From Alphaproteobacteria bacterium (lineage in GTDB: Bacteria > Pseudomonadota > Alphaproteobacteria > Micavibrionales > UBA2020), in NCBI GenBank assembly GCA_029266795.1, contig JAQSWE010000020.1:1-33385 (forward strand): a stretch of 33,385 nucleotides of DNA. The letters are read 5' to 3'. A program made the translations under genes and the position numbers. The notes under the pieces are model-generated. The model ran no database searches, had not been told where the DNA came from, and was given only the letters and a program-made list of their open reading frames with translations. Shown here piece after piece: positions 11,794 to 21,506 of this stretch; position 1 is the stretch's first letter; each line of letters opens with the position of its first letter.

Positions 11794-12813
11794 ATGATCG
11801 AGAACGTTATTTTCGGATATGGGACGGAGAGGCGCGGCGGGGGCGAGACCGCCAACCGTCTTGCCGCCGATCTCGATAAAACCGATCTGGGGCGCAAGCT
11901 CGTGCAGTTCCTGAAACAGCAGGGTTTTACCGTCCATGTCACCCGAGACCTCCCCAAAGGCCATGAGGGTTCTGCCGGTCTTGCGATACGGTCGGCCCGC
12001 AAGATTTATATCCGCGCCGGATATTCGCCCGCCGAAACCTTGCGCATCTTCGCGCATGAGACCCGTCATGTCGGCCAGTTCGCGGCGGAGCAATCCACTA
12101 CCAGCACCTTCCGCCTGTACCATCCGGTCAACCAGATCGCGCATAGCTGGCTGCGGGAGATGGATGCCGAGGCCTTTGCCGCGCATTTCATCAGCACGCA
12201 TGAACGCCGCGTCGGCGACGGCGTGATGTGGACGTTGATGGGCGATATAAGCACCAGATGGAAGAGCAGTTTTTACAAGGCTTATATGAAAGAGGTCGAG
12301 GCGACATCCGGCCGCGACGGCGCAAGCCCCATGCGCGCTGCCTTTTACTGTTTTCTTGAAAGCCCGGGACTGCGCCGCAGTTACGCCTTGGGGGCGATGG
12401 ATGACTGGAACACGCAATATCCCCAACTGAACCAGCAGACGGATTACCTGTCCCCCCTGCGCCGGCAGTTCATCGACCTTGCCGCCGACAGCCGCGGCGC
12501 ATCGGGCCGCGAGTTGCTGTTCGAGCGCGCGCTGGCCTATAGCAAGATTTTCAACGAATTCGGTTCGCCCGATTATTTAAGCGGACAGAAGCTGTCGAAG
12601 CTCGAGGAAAAAATGACGGGCGAGAAAACGGAATTACGCGGCACCGATGCGCACCGGCTGGAAAACGCCCTGTTCCAGTTCAACCAGATCGAAAGCCGCG
12701 TCATGCCGCCGAAAACGCCGGCACCGCAAAGCGGGCTGCTCTCGCGCCTGCTGAACCGCAGGGTCACGCCGGCAGAGCTGAACCTCCGCCACAATCCCTA
12801 TATGAATTACTGA
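11794..12813 (+). CDS. Putative gluzincin-like metallopeptidase, orphan
   Basis: FAHETRHVGQ followed by EMDAEAFA (HEXXH...E); no signal peptide. Confidence 0.7.
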   Translation: MIENVIFGYGTERRGGGETANRLAADLDKTDLGRKLVQFLKQQGFTVHVTRDLPKGHEGSAGLAIRSARKIYIRAGYSPAETLRIFAHETRHVGQFAAEQSTTSTFRLYHPVNQIAHSWLREMDAEAFAAHFISTHERRVGDGVMWTLMGDISTRWKSSFYKAYMKEVEATSGRDGASPMRAAFYCFLESPGLRRSYALGAMDDWNTQYPQLNQQTDYLSPLRRQFIDLAADSRGASGRELLFERALAYSKIFNEFGSPDYLSGQKLSKLEEKMTGEKTELRGTDAHRLENALFQFNQIESRVMPPKTPAPQSGLLSRLLNRRVTPAELNLRHNPYMNY

Positions 12814-13472
12814 CCCGCGACAGGTTCCTGCGCGGCCTGCAGCAGGATCGCGCGCAATTCTGCGATGCCGATGTTTTTATCGGAGCTGGTGGCGAAAACC
12901 TGGCCATGGGCGGCGACGTGCTTAGCGCGCAACTCTTCCTCGACGGTCGCAATCGTGGTGGCAAGCTCCGCCGCTTTCGGCTTGTCGGCCTTGGTCAGGA
13001 TGACGATATAGCGCACGCCGGAGCGGTCGAGGATTTCCATGCTGTCTTTGTCGGCGGGCATGATGCCGTGGCGGGAATCCACCAGCAGGCAGACGCGGCG
13101 CAAGGAGCGGCGTTCGCGTAAGTAATCGTAAATCAGCCCGTTCCACGCGGCGATCTTTTCCTTCGACTCTTTCGCATAGCCATAGCCCGGCAGGTCGACG
13201 AGGCGGAATTTGCCGTCGATATCGAACATGTTGATCTGCTGCGTGCGGCCCGGCGTTTTCGATGCGCGCGCCAGCGCCTTGCGGCCGGTGACGGCGTTGA
13301 TGAGGCTGGATTTGCCGACGTTTGACCGTCCGGCGACCGCGATTTCCGGCATGCCGTCATCGGGCGGCATCGCCTCGTGATTGGCGACGCCCGCCACGAA
13401 TTTACATTCGCGCTGGAACAGCCGTTGTCCCGCCTTCAACGATTCCGGGTCGAAGACGAAACCCTGGGTCAT
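12807..13472 (-). CDS. engB: Ribosome biogenesis GTPase YihA/EngB
   Basis: GRSNVGKSSLIN, SKTPGRTQ, DLPGYGYA and LTKADK motifs. Confidence 0.97.
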   Translation of the reverse strand: MTQGFVFDPESLKAGQRLFQRECKFVAGVANHEAMPPDDGMPEIAVAGRSNVGKSSLINAVTGRKALARASKTPGRTQQINMFDIDGKFRLVDLPGYGYAKESKEKIAAWNGLIYDYLRERRSLRRVCLLVDSRHGIMPADKDSMEILDRSGVRYIVILTKADKPKAAELATTIATVEEELRAKHVAAHGQVFATSSDKNIGIAELRAILLQAAQEPVAGQ

Positions 13473-15325
13473 TCCGGCTTCACTTTTTTCTTGCGGCGGT
13501 CAGCATGGCCGCGGATGAGCGAAGTGTTTTCGCCGCCCACTTTTTTCAGGATGTAATACTGCTGGAAGATCGACAGCACGTTCGACCATGTCCAGTAGAT
13601 GATAAGCCCGACCGCAAACTGCGCCATCATCACGGTTGCGATGTAGGGGAACCATGTTTGCAGCCTTTCCTGCGTCGCATCGGCCATCGGGGGCGTGATG
13701 CGTTTTTGCAGGATCATGGTGAGGCAGAACAGCACCGGCCATGCGCCGATCATCAGCGCATGCGGCGGCGTCCAAGGGATCAGGCCGAACAGGTTGAAGA
13801 GCGATGTCGGGTCGGGCGCGGACAAATCCTTGATCCAGCCGGGGAACGGCGCATGGCGCAGGTCGACCGAGATCAAAATCACTTTATACAGCGCGAAGAT
13901 GATCGGTATCTGCACGATGATCGGCCAGCAGCCGGAAAACGGATTGGCGTTTTCCGTTCGGTATAGCTCGTAGATTTCCGTCTGCAGCTTGGTCTTGTCG
14001 TCCTTGTATTTTTCCTGCAGCTCTTTCAAGCGCGGCGCAATCACCTTCATCTTCGCCATCGAGCGGAAGGATTTACTTGCGAGCGGGAACACGACAATAC
14101 GCACGATCACGGTCATCAAAAGGATACCCATGCCTACGCTGCCCGTCATCTTGAACAGGTAATGCAGGATGTAATAGAAGGGCTTCGTGATGATGTAATA
14201 GATGCCGAAATCGATGCCGAGCTCCAGCTTGTCGAATTTGTACTTGTCCTGATAGGCGCGCATGACGTCGAGGTTCTTCACGCCCGCATAGACGTAAGTG
14301 ACTTCCGACGCTTCGCCGCCCGCAGGGATGGTGAATTCATCGGTGCGGATATCGGTCTGGAAATGCTGGGGCTGCGACTTGTCGAGACCGCCGGCGCAGT
14401 CGTTTTTGCCAAGCTTGCAGACCGCGCGCGCCTTGAATTCCATCGCGGGGTCGGGCAGCAGCGCGACCATCCAGTATTTTTCGGTGATGCCGATCCAGCC
14501 CTTGGCCTTGTCGATCAGCAGCCAGTCGGCGCGGCTTTCGGCGAGGTCGCTGTAGCCGGGCGCATGTTCTTTCTGGTTCAGGTAGGCGATGGGGCCTTCA
14601 TGCAGCGTGTAAAAACCTGTGAAATCGGGCGGCACGCCGCGGCGCGCGACCGCGTGATAGGCGCGCAGCTTCACTTCCGACGCACCGCTGTTGCGTACGG
14701 ACTGCTTGATGGTGAACAGGAAATTTTCGTCGATGCTGATATTGCGCTCGAAGCGCAGGCCTTCGCCGTTGTCCCACTGGAGGGTCACAGGGCCCTTGCC
14801 GGTACCGAGCTCGCCGGCGCTGCCGGGGGCGAGCGACCAGACAGTCTGCTCGTTCGGGACTTTCACATTGCCCTCCGCCAGCCAGCCGCTGTCGATATAG
14901 GCGGGCTGCGCCGCATCGTCTTTTTTCAGGAGCGCGACATGGTCGGCGGCGGGGTTGGTCTTGCAGGTTTCATCGACCTGCATGCAATGCTCGTTCAGCG
15001 TCAGGTCGTCGATGCGGCCGCCGGTCGTCGGGAAGGAACCGGAGACGCGCGCGCCTTTGATGGGAATGCGGATCGCGCTGGCGGCAGCAACGACTTCGCC
15101 GTCCGGCGTATCGCCGGTTGCGGCGACAGGCTTGGCCGCAGGCGTCATCGCGTCGACGCTTTTTTCCTGCTGCGCCTTGTCGCGCGCGGCGGCGGCGAGC
15201 TTTTCCTGGCGCGGCATCTCGACAAAGAAATGGAAGCCCAGAAGGATGAACAGCGAAATGACGACCGCCATCATCATATTGGCGCGGTCGCGGGCTGCGT
15301 TCGGGTCGTTGGGTTGGAAAGCCAT
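13469..15325 (-). CDS. yidC: Membrane protein insertase YidC
   Basis: IDFG, SMAKMK..P, NPFSGCWP, DLSAPDP and GLIIYWTWSN..SIFQQ motifs; operon context. Confidence 0.98.
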   Translation of the reverse strand: MAFQPNDPNAARDRANMMMAVVISLFILLGFHFFVEMPRQEKLAAAARDKAQQEKSVDAMTPAAKPVAATGDTPDGEVVAAASAIRIPIKGARVSGSFPTTGGRIDDLTLNEHCMQVDETCKTNPAADHVALLKKDDAAQPAYIDSGWLAEGNVKVPNEQTVWSLAPGSAGELGTGKGPVTLQWDNGEGLRFERNISIDENFLFTIKQSVRNSGASEVKLRAYHAVARRGVPPDFTGFYTLHEGPIAYLNQKEHAPGYSDLAESRADWLLIDKAKGWIGITEKYWMVALLPDPAMEFKARAVCKLGKNDCAGGLDKSQPQHFQTDIRTDEFTIPAGGEASEVTYVYAGVKNLDVMRAYQDKYKFDKLELGIDFGIYYIITKPFYYILHYLFKMTGSVGMGILLMTVIVRIVVFPLASKSFRSMAKMKVIAPRLKELQEKYKDDKTKLQTEIYELYRTENANPFSGCWPIIVQIPIIFALYKVILISVDLRHAPFPGWIKDLSAPDPTSLFNLFGLIPWTPPHALMIGAWPVLFCLTMILQKRITPPMADATQERLQTWFPYIATVMMAQFAVGLIIYWTWSNVLSIFQQYYILKKVGGENTSLIRGHADRRKKKVKPE

Positions 15326-15356
15326 TTATATTGTCCTGTTGTCTTTGTCGGAATCG

Positions 15357-15626
15357 TCAGGGGGTTTTATCACAAGTGCCTGCATGGGAACAGATTTTAT
15401 CGGGAACGGGATCATGCCCGCCCGCATTGCCCGGATGGCAGCGCAAAATCCGTTTTATCCCCAGCCAGCCGCCCGCCCCTGCCCCGTGCTTGCGGATCGC
15501 TTCCGCCGTATAGTTGGAGCAGCTGGGATAAAAGCGGCACTGTTTTCCCATAATGGTGGAGAACGTAAACTGGTAGAGGCGGATTAGGGCCAGCAGAGCA
15601 CGCGCAACGATCGAGGGTCGGCTCAT
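15357..15626 (-). CDS. yidD: Membrane protein insertion efficiency factor YidD
   Basis: [10 protein letters not shown] and RILRCHP...GGHDPVP motifs. Confidence 0.96.
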   Translation of the reverse strand: MSRPSIVARALLALIRLYQFTFSTIMGKQCRFYPSCSNYTAEAIRKHGAGAGGWLGIKRILRCHPGNAGGHDPVPDKICSHAGTCDKTP

Positions 15627-15964
15627 TCCGCCACCTTCAGCGCGATCAGCCCCTTTTCAAAATCGGCAGTCATCGCTGCGAAGTCATGCGTGGTGGCGGC
15701 GGTTTTGCAGATGATCACGAGGTCGAAGCTCGAGAGCGTGCGGGATTTTAAAAGGAGGCGCACCATTTCGCGGATGCGGCGCTTGGCGCGGTTGCGCACA
15801 ACGGCGTTGCCCACCTTGCGGCTGGCCGTCAGGCCGAGGCGAAAAGCGGGAGTGTCAGTCTTCAGTACCTGCAGGATAAAAGCGGAACCGGACCATCTTT
15901 TGCCGTTCCGCGCGATGCGCTGGAAATCCGGCGACGCCTTGATCATCGTCACGGCGGCGCGCAT
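15623..15964 (-). CDS. rnpA: Ribonuclease P protein component
   Basis: [22 protein letters not shown] (RNR motif). Confidence 0.96.
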   Translation of the reverse strand: MRAAVTMIKASPDFQRIARNGKRWSGSAFILQVLKTDTPAFRLGLTASRKVGNAVVRNRAKRRIREMVRLLLKSRTLSSFDLVIICKTAATTHDFAAMTADFEKGLIALKVAE

Positions 15965-15978
15965 AAGGCAAATACCGG

Positions 15979-16113
15979 TTAGGCGGTCAGCTTTTTACGG
16001 CCTTTGGCGCGGCGTGCAGCAACGACCTTCTGGCCGCTCTTGGTTGCCATGCGGGCGCGATAGCCGTGGCGGCGCTTGCGGACCAGTTTGCTCGGTTGGT
16101 AAGTACGTTTCAC
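15979..16113 (-). CDS. rpmH: 50S ribosomal protein L34
   Basis: Not in the ORF track. GTG start after GGAG; [44 protein letters not shown]. Confidence 0.98.
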   Translation of the reverse strand: MKRTYQPSKLVRKRRHGYRARMATKSGQKVVAARRAKGRKKLTA

Positions 16114-16223
16114 AGCAGAATCTCCTCAGTCTCTACATAAATCCAAGTTAGGTGTATATGCCGTGGGCCCGAGCCATGTCAACCATTTAAATTCTTATGT
16201 GAATGTGTTAACGCCGCCAAAAG

Positions 16224-16260
16224 TTGACAGAACGCCGATTATCCCTGATAAGCTTAAAAT
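16224..16260 (+). promoter_or_regulatory. Probable promoter of the tRNA
   Basis: Perfect TTGACA at 16224 followed by AT-rich GATAAGCTTAAAAT just before the tRNA; the exact -10 is ambiguous. Confidence 0.45.
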
Positions 16261-16267
16261 AAGGCAA

Positions 16268-16344
16268 GCGCCCGTAGCTCAACTGGATAGAGCGTCGCCC
16301 TCCGAAGGCGAAGGTTGGGGGTTCGAATCCCTTCGGGCGCGCCA
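16268..16344 (+). tRNA. tRNA-Arg(CCG)
   Basis: Acceptor stem GCGCCCG/CGGGCGC, D arm GCTC..GAGC, anticodon stem TCGCC/GGCGA with loop CTCCGAA, TTCGAAT T-loop, encoded CCA. Confidence 0.97.
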
Positions 16345-16380
16345 ATTTATCATTCACATAATAACTATGATTCGCTGCGC

Positions 16381-17511
16381 TTAAGGATGCGTCGACGCCG
16401 CTTGCGGCTGCGCGGGCTTCGGCGGGCGCTTGATGCTGAACATCCAGTTCCAGACGGCGCTGGTGTAGAAGTACGGCGATTCACATTCATGGCCGACGCC
16501 GCGGATTTCGCTGTAGAAGGCTGCCTTGCCGCCCGAACCGCGGATGACCTGCGCCAGCGTTCCGACAGCCGAGGGTGGCACAACCTTGTCATTGCCGCCA
16601 TGGATCATGAAGAGCGGTGTCTTGGCCAACTTCGGCGCATCGGCAAAGCTCCATTTGCCGCCGATGGAAACCCCCGCCGCGAAGACGCCCGCGTAATGCG
16701 CGAGCGCCCCCAGCACGCCGTCGCCGCCGGTGTCGCAGCCGATGATATACATGCGGCTGTCGTCGATCGGGTGAAGTTCGGTGAGCGACGCCAGCACGAT
16801 GATCGCATCGCGCAGCGACAGCGATGAAGCGCCCGGATGCTTCAACTCGCCCGCTTTGGGAAATTCCTGCCCTGTGTATCTCAAGGGCGCGTCCCAGATT
16901 TTTTCCTTGGGCGATAGCGGGATCATCAAATAGGACGGATAGGCCTTTTGCACGGCAGTCGCGCGCAGCTGAATTGCGGCCTGACTAACGCCGTCCTTGT
17001 CGTGCAGGATGACGACGACGGGCAGCTTGACATCATTGGGGTTGGGCGGCGCGTACCAGTAATAAAAAACTTCGCGCTTGATGCCGTTGTCCTCGATCAG
17101 GAATTTCTTTTTCTTGAACAGCGAGGGCGTGGTGTACTGGCCCATCGGGAAATCGTTGCGCGGCGCCTCCACATTCACCTGACCGCTCAAATTCGCAATC
17201 ACATTGCCGTTGCCGCCGAACAATTTGTGCCGCACCTGCGGGAACATCAGCGCCACGCCGCAGGCAAGCCCAAGGATCGTGAAGATCATGATCAGCTCGC
17301 CCTTTTTCTTGGCGGCCTGCGCTTCTTCCGGCGTCACTTCGTTCTGGCCGCCGGCGCCGGCGGTGCCCGCGCCGGGCTTCTTCTTGTTCTTGTCGGGTTT
17401 CTTGGTGAAGTAGGCGATGCCCTGCTTGACCATCTGGACGAAGGTCATGAAGATTTCGCCCATGACGCGCATGAGCTCAATCGTCATCTCGATCATTACT
17501 TCCCAAAGCAT
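16381..17511 (-). CDS. Membrane-anchored alpha/beta hydrolase-fold protein with atypical nucleophile
   Basis: LPVVVILH, IDDSRMYIIGCDTGG, FAAGVSIGG, HGGNDKVV and GVGH; one TM segment near residues 74-91. Confidence 0.8.
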   Translation of the reverse strand: MLWEVMIEMTIELMRVMGEIFMTFVQMVKQGIAYFTKKPDKNKKKPGAGTAGAGGQNEVTPEEAQAAKKKGELIMIFTILGLACGVALMFPQVRHKLFGGNGNVIANLSGQVNVEAPRNDFPMGQYTTPSLFKKKKFLIEDNGIKREVFYYWYAPPNPNDVKLPVVVILHDKDGVSQAAIQLRATAVQKAYPSYLMIPLSPKEKIWDAPLRYTGQEFPKAGELKHPGASSLSLRDAIIVLASLTELHPIDDSRMYIIGCDTGGDGVLGALAHYAGVFAAGVSIGGKWSFADAPKLAKTPLFMIHGGNDKVVPPSAVGTLAQVIRGSGGKAAFYSEIRGVGHECESPYFYTSAVWNWMFSIKRPPKPAQPQAASTHP

Positions 17512-17610
17512 CGGGCGGGCAATCCTTCGCGCGTTCGTTCAACCCGATTGTGATGGATGGACGGGGGCGGTTACAAGGGGGAGATTGTATTCCATATCGG
17601 AAAGGGGCGG

Positions 17611-17657
17611 AAAATCAAAAGCCGGACCCGCTTTTCTGCGGTGTCCGGCTTTGAATT
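17611..17657 (-). terminator. Rho-independent terminator of the YcbK-like gene
   Basis: Hairpin AAAGCCGGAC..CCGC/GCGG..GTCCGGCTTT followed by TGATTTT on the minus strand, about 20 nt after the stop. Confidence 0.75.
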
Positions 17658-17675
17658 TGGTATCCGATTACCGTG

Positions 17676-18290
17676 TTACCAGTGACGGACGCGGCCCGTA
17701 TCGACATGCACGAAGTTCGAGGACGGGTAATACCCCACGCCGCCCGAGTTCAGCTTGATCGCGGCCTGGCGCAGGCCCTTCAGCGGGGTGCCGGGCAGCT
17801 TGATGTCGATCGCCTGACCCGACATATGCAGGCTGCGGGTCGCGACGCCATGGCTTGCGACGCGCAGCTTGGCATTCGTCTTGGGTGAGCGGTAGCCCGA
17901 GAAAACGTCGAAGGTGTTGGTGTTCGACAGGCGGTGCTGCAGGACATACAAAATGTCCATCAGGCGCGGGTCGATGGGGAAACGCTCGCCGGTGCGGTGA
18001 TCGCGCATGACCGACTTGATTTCACCGAATGCGTCGGGCAGGTAACGCCCGCCATACCAGTATTCGCCGCGAAACTTTTCGCCGGTATGGATGTTTGTCA
18101 GTTGCATCTCGCGACCCACGTTTTTCAGCGCAGGGCCGGTCGAGGCCAGCGAGAGATCAGGCATCCAGCAGCCAAGGGCTGCGGCGGCAACAAGACCTGT
18201 TTTCAGAAACGAGCGGCGATCGGCATCGAAAGCGTCAGCGGCAGAGCTGTTTTTGGACATCAGCTCGGCGGGTTCGATAAAGCGGTTCAT
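17676..18290 (-). CDS. YcbK/DUF882 family (MepK-like) M15 peptidase with Tat signal
   Basis: DRRSFLK Tat motif; SGYRSPKTN, SLHMSGQAID and GGVGYYP..FVHVDTG..R.W. Start is 18290 or 18260. Confidence 0.93.
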   Translation of the reverse strand: MNRFIEPAELMSKNSSAADAFDADRRSFLKTGLVAAAALGCWMPDLSLASTGPALKNVGREMQLTNIHTGEKFRGEYWYGGRYLPDAFGEIKSVMRDHRTGERFPIDPRLMDILYVLQHRLSNTNTFDVFSGYRSPKTNAKLRVASHGVATRSLHMSGQAIDIKLPGTPLKGLRQAAIKLNSGGVGYYPSSNFVHVDTGRVRHW

Positions 18291-18529
18291 GAGTTTATCC
18301 CATGTATGGTTAATACTTTGCTTCTCTTCTCGTAGAGAATACCAAATTAACTGGGGTTTCAAGCAAAAATCTCAAGTTATTACATAATATTAGAAGGATT
18401 AACTTAGATTATAACTCAAATACGCAAGGAAATTACTGCGATGCACAAAAGTATTTAGACACCTGTTCAATATAAGGTGTCACCACCCGAAGAACGGCCA
18501 GATCAAGACCGCTTGAAAAGGAGGGATAC

Positions 18530-18973
18530 ATGATGAATACCGAACAGAAAATCCGCAAATTTTTCGACGACTACACGCGACGCTTTAACAACAACCTTGC
18601 CGCAGGCGCGGCAGTGGATGCGAAAGCCGTGCGTGATTCATTTGCCGACTATTTCGTGGAATCCAGCTCGAACGGCGTGCAGGGCAGCCGCAATAACCTT
18701 TTATTCGGCTTCGTCATCCCGCGCGGCTTCCGCCATTACCGGCGCCTGGGCGCGACCGGCATCACGCTGGCGCGTTTGCAGCTGACGCGCATCGACGATC
18801 ATCATTATATGGCGCAGGCGCATTGGGATGCGGCTTACAGGCGGAAAAACGGCACGTGCAGCATTGGTTTCGATGTCGTTTATTTCCTCACGCTGCATTC
18901 CGGATCGCCGAAAATATTTTCCTACATCACAGCGGACGAGAAAAAAGTACTGCGCGCGCACGGGATTGTTTAA
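18530..18973 (+). CDS. NTF2/SnoaL-like protein
   Basis: Strong RBS (AAGGAGG); I..FF..Y..RF and FDVVYFL...PKIFSYITADE pattern; 147 aa. Confidence 0.7.
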   Translation: MMNTEQKIRKFFDDYTRRFNNNLAAGAAVDAKAVRDSFADYFVESSSNGVQGSRNNLLFGFVIPRGFRHYRRLGATGITLARLQLTRIDDHHYMAQAHWDAAYRRKNGTCSIGFDVVYFLTLHSGSPKIFSYITADEKKVLRAHGIV

Positions 18974-19896
18974 GCGCCGGCGTAGCGGCGGCACACATCC
19001 GAAATATATCCGCGATACCATTGATGGGCGGCATCGGCGTCGCGCCGCGCATGCCAGACCATATGCAGGTCGAATTGCGGAATATCGAAATCGGTTTTCA
19101 GCACGCGAAAACGTGCATTATCCTTCAGGAACCCTACATCGTTGCGGTCGATCAACAGCAGGTAATCCGTTTCCTGCAGCAATTCGATCTCCGCCCAGAT
19201 ATCCGGCACCGATACCAGCGTCTTTTGCAGCAGCCCCTCGCGCCGGAATTTGGCGTCGAGCAGCGACGGCGCAAAACTCGCCGTCGCCTTGATATGGGGG
19301 GTATCGAGATATTCCATCCTGCCGATAATGCCCTTTTTGAAATGCGGGTTTTTGTCGGAGCATAAAACCACCAGTTCTGTTTTGAACAGCTTCACCGACG
19401 AAAACTGCTTGTCGACCTTTTCGGAGACAAGGCCGATATAAATATCTGCCATCCCCTCCTCCACCTGCTGCAACGCCTGCTGCTCGCCGAGATTGATCAT
19501 GTCGGCCTTCAGCAGCGGGAATTTTTTCACGAGGTTGAGCGACAATTCCTCGAACAGCATCCGACCCTTCACGAACGGAATGACGACGGAGAATTGCGCG
19601 GCCATCGTTGCCGGATCGAACACCGCATTGCGCATCGACGCCAGAGATTGCAGCCGGTCGAGCATTTCCGATACCTGTTTCGCATAGGCATGGCAGAACG
19701 CGGTCGGTTCCAGCCCGCGCGGTGTGCGGATGAAAAGCTCGTCGCCCGTCAGCGCGCGCAGTTGTTTCAGGTACACCGAAATGCTGGGCTGCGCGAGGTG
19801 GAGCCGTTCGGCGGCCAGCGTTGTTTTGCGGGTGGCATAGAGCGCCTCCAGCACCGACAGCATCGTCACGTTGATTTTGTTGAGTTCCTGCCTCAT
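18970..19896 (-). CDS. LysR-family transcriptional regulator
   Basis: N-terminal HTH TLAAERLHLAQPSISVYLKQLR...LFIRTPRGLEPT; C-terminal WHARRDADAAHQW. Confidence 0.95.
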   Translation of the reverse strand: MRQELNKINVTMLSVLEALYATRKTTLAAERLHLAQPSISVYLKQLRALTGDELFIRTPRGLEPTAFCHAYAKQVSEMLDRLQSLASMRNAVFDPATMAAQFSVVIPFVKGRMLFEELSLNLVKKFPLLKADMINLGEQQALQQVEEGMADIYIGLVSEKVDKQFSSVKLFKTELVVLCSDKNPHFKKGIIGRMEYLDTPHIKATASFAPSLLDAKFRREGLLQKTLVSVPDIWAEIELLQETDYLLLIDRNDVGFLKDNARFRVLKTDFDIPQFDLHMVWHARRDADAAHQWYRGYISDVCRRYAGA

Positions 19897-19919
19897 ATAT
19901 TGCGCCCCGTAACTGATAT

Positions 19920-19975
19920 TATAATTTATAATAAATTATATCATATTTCATTATTAGATTATATATCCATAATCT
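19920..19975. promoter_or_regulatory. Two AT-rich inverted repeats in the divergent LysR promoter region
   Basis: TATAATTTAT-A-ATAAATTATA (19920-19940) and AGATTAT-N6-ATAATCT (19956-19975). Confidence 0.5.
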
Positions 19976-20017
19976 GGCATTCTGAAGATAGAGGGTAACG
20001 CAACAAGGGGAAATAAC

Positions 20018-20530
20018 ATGGCTGACGCAGATTTCAAACGCCGCGTGGAAATGATCGAAGCAGGCTCGGTGGATGATTTCCAGACCGTCAACAGCCTGCT
20101 CGCCGATGACAAATACCTGCATTCCTTCGGCGTCTATCTTGGTGTCATGTCCCGCGAAAATCCCTCCGCCGTTGAAAAAAGCCTGAACCTGCCGAACCTC
20201 GACCGCACGACCGGCTTCTTCCGCCAAATGATCTCGAATGCGGTTTCGAACGCCGCGTATAGCGGTGAAAAGGAATTCCTCGAAACGCTGTTGAAATACG
20301 CGCCGGAACCGGCAGACCAGGCACAAGACGGCTTGCGCCATATCTTTGACTCGATGGCGATGGACAGCCGCGACAACTTCTCGGCCGATACCGCCGCGAT
20401 CCTTGTGCGCGCGGGCGCGAACGTGCAAACCGCAGCGGCACCTTACGAAGCGCAACTGGTTGCGCAGCAGAACAAGGCGGCTGCGTCGCTGTCGAAAATG
20501 GCGCAGTTCAAGCAAAGCATCGCGGCGTAA
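20018..20530 (+). CDS. Hypothetical protein with degenerate ankyrin-like helices
   Basis: GGGG RBS; NAAYSGEKEFLETLLKY and AILVRAGANV resemble ankyrin half-repeats. Confidence 0.7.
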   Translation: MADADFKRRVEMIEAGSVDDFQTVNSLLADDKYLHSFGVYLGVMSRENPSAVEKSLNLPNLDRTTGFFRQMISNAVSNAAYSGEKEFLETLLKYAPEPADQAQDGLRHIFDSMAMDSRDNFSADTAAILVRAGANVQTAAAPYEAQLVAQQNKAAASLSKMAQFKQSIAA

Positions 20531-20550
20531 GATACGATTGATCCCGAATA

Positions 20551-21441
20551 TTACGGCTTCGGCCAGCGGCGATGCACCCAGAGCCATTGTTCCGGCTTTT
20601 CCCGGATCCAGCTTTCCAGCAGCAAATTTATATCGGTCAGGATGAGTTTGACGTCGGCATCTTTCCCGCCCGTCACGATCACCGGCAACGGGGGAAAAGC
20701 GGTCAGGCGGAAACGGCATCCCGCGATGCGCTCCACGCGAAACGGATAAAGCGGACAGCTGAATTTCAGGGCGAAATGGGCAATCGCGGGTGCGGTCATG
20801 GCATCATGACCAAAAAACGGAATCGCGACGCCCTCGTTCAGTTTCTGGTCCACCAGCATGCCCACAACGCCGCCGGCACGGAGCAGCGTGACGATGGCGC
20901 GCGCGCCGCCCGGGCCTTTTTCGATGTAACCGGCGCCGCCCAGCGACCGCGCATGCGACAGCAGCTTTTCGACCCACCGGTTGTTGGGCTTCCGGTAAAC
21001 GATATGCAGGTCGAGCCCCGTTTTCTGGCGGAGGATCGGCACTTCCCAATTCGCGGTATGCGCGCTGAATAGGATTGCGGCCTTGCCGTTGTCGCGCGCA
21101 GCCTCGAGATGCTCGATGCCGATGACTTCAGCACCCTTCCAGATATGGTGCAAATGCGGATATTCGGCGATGACGCGGCCGAGATTGTCCCACATGCCGT
21201 TCAGGATAATATTTTTTTCGTCTTGTGTTTTCTCTGGAAAGGCGCGGTCCAGATTGCGTCCCGCGATCTTCGCGCCCTTCAGGTGCGGGCCGGCCTTTGA
21301 CAGCAGATAGCCACCGAGGGATGACGCCTTTTCCATCGGCAGCAGCCAGAAGAAGCCATAGATGATATGCGCGAGCAAACCCTCGACGGCATATCGCACA
21401 TGTCGCAAAAATACGGGTTGCCCGAGGGCACGCGCAGTCAT
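20551..21441 (-). CDS. Lipid A late acyltransferase (LpxL/HtrB family)
   Basis: HTANWE (H-X4-E), MLVDQ, PFFG, WIREKPEQWLWVHRRW. Real start is probably ATG 21441, not 21771. Confidence 0.93.
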   Translation of the reverse strand: MTARALGQPVFLRHVRYAVEGLLAHIIYGFFWLLPMEKASSLGGYLLSKAGPHLKGAKIAGRNLDRAFPEKTQDEKNIILNGMWDNLGRVIAEYPHLHHIWKGAEVIGIEHLEAARDNGKAAILFSAHTANWEVPILRQKTGLDLHIVYRKPNNRWVEKLLSHARSLGGAGYIEKGPGGARAIVTLLRAGGVVGMLVDQKLNEGVAIPFFGHDAMTAPAIAHFALKFSCPLYPFRVERIAGCRFRLTAFPPLPVIVTGGKDADVKLILTDINLLLESWIREKPEQWLWVHRRWPKP

Positions 21442-21506
21442 TATCAATTCCTCGCGGCTCTCGATGTTGGGGGGCTCAAGCGGATTTAGTATATCAGAAC
21501 AAAGCG

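Noticed and set aside
16114-16267. oriC next to rpmH, or near hdaA
   Set aside because: No dnaA gene and no TTATCCACA-type box cluster seen; the AT-rich stretch is explained by divergent promoters.
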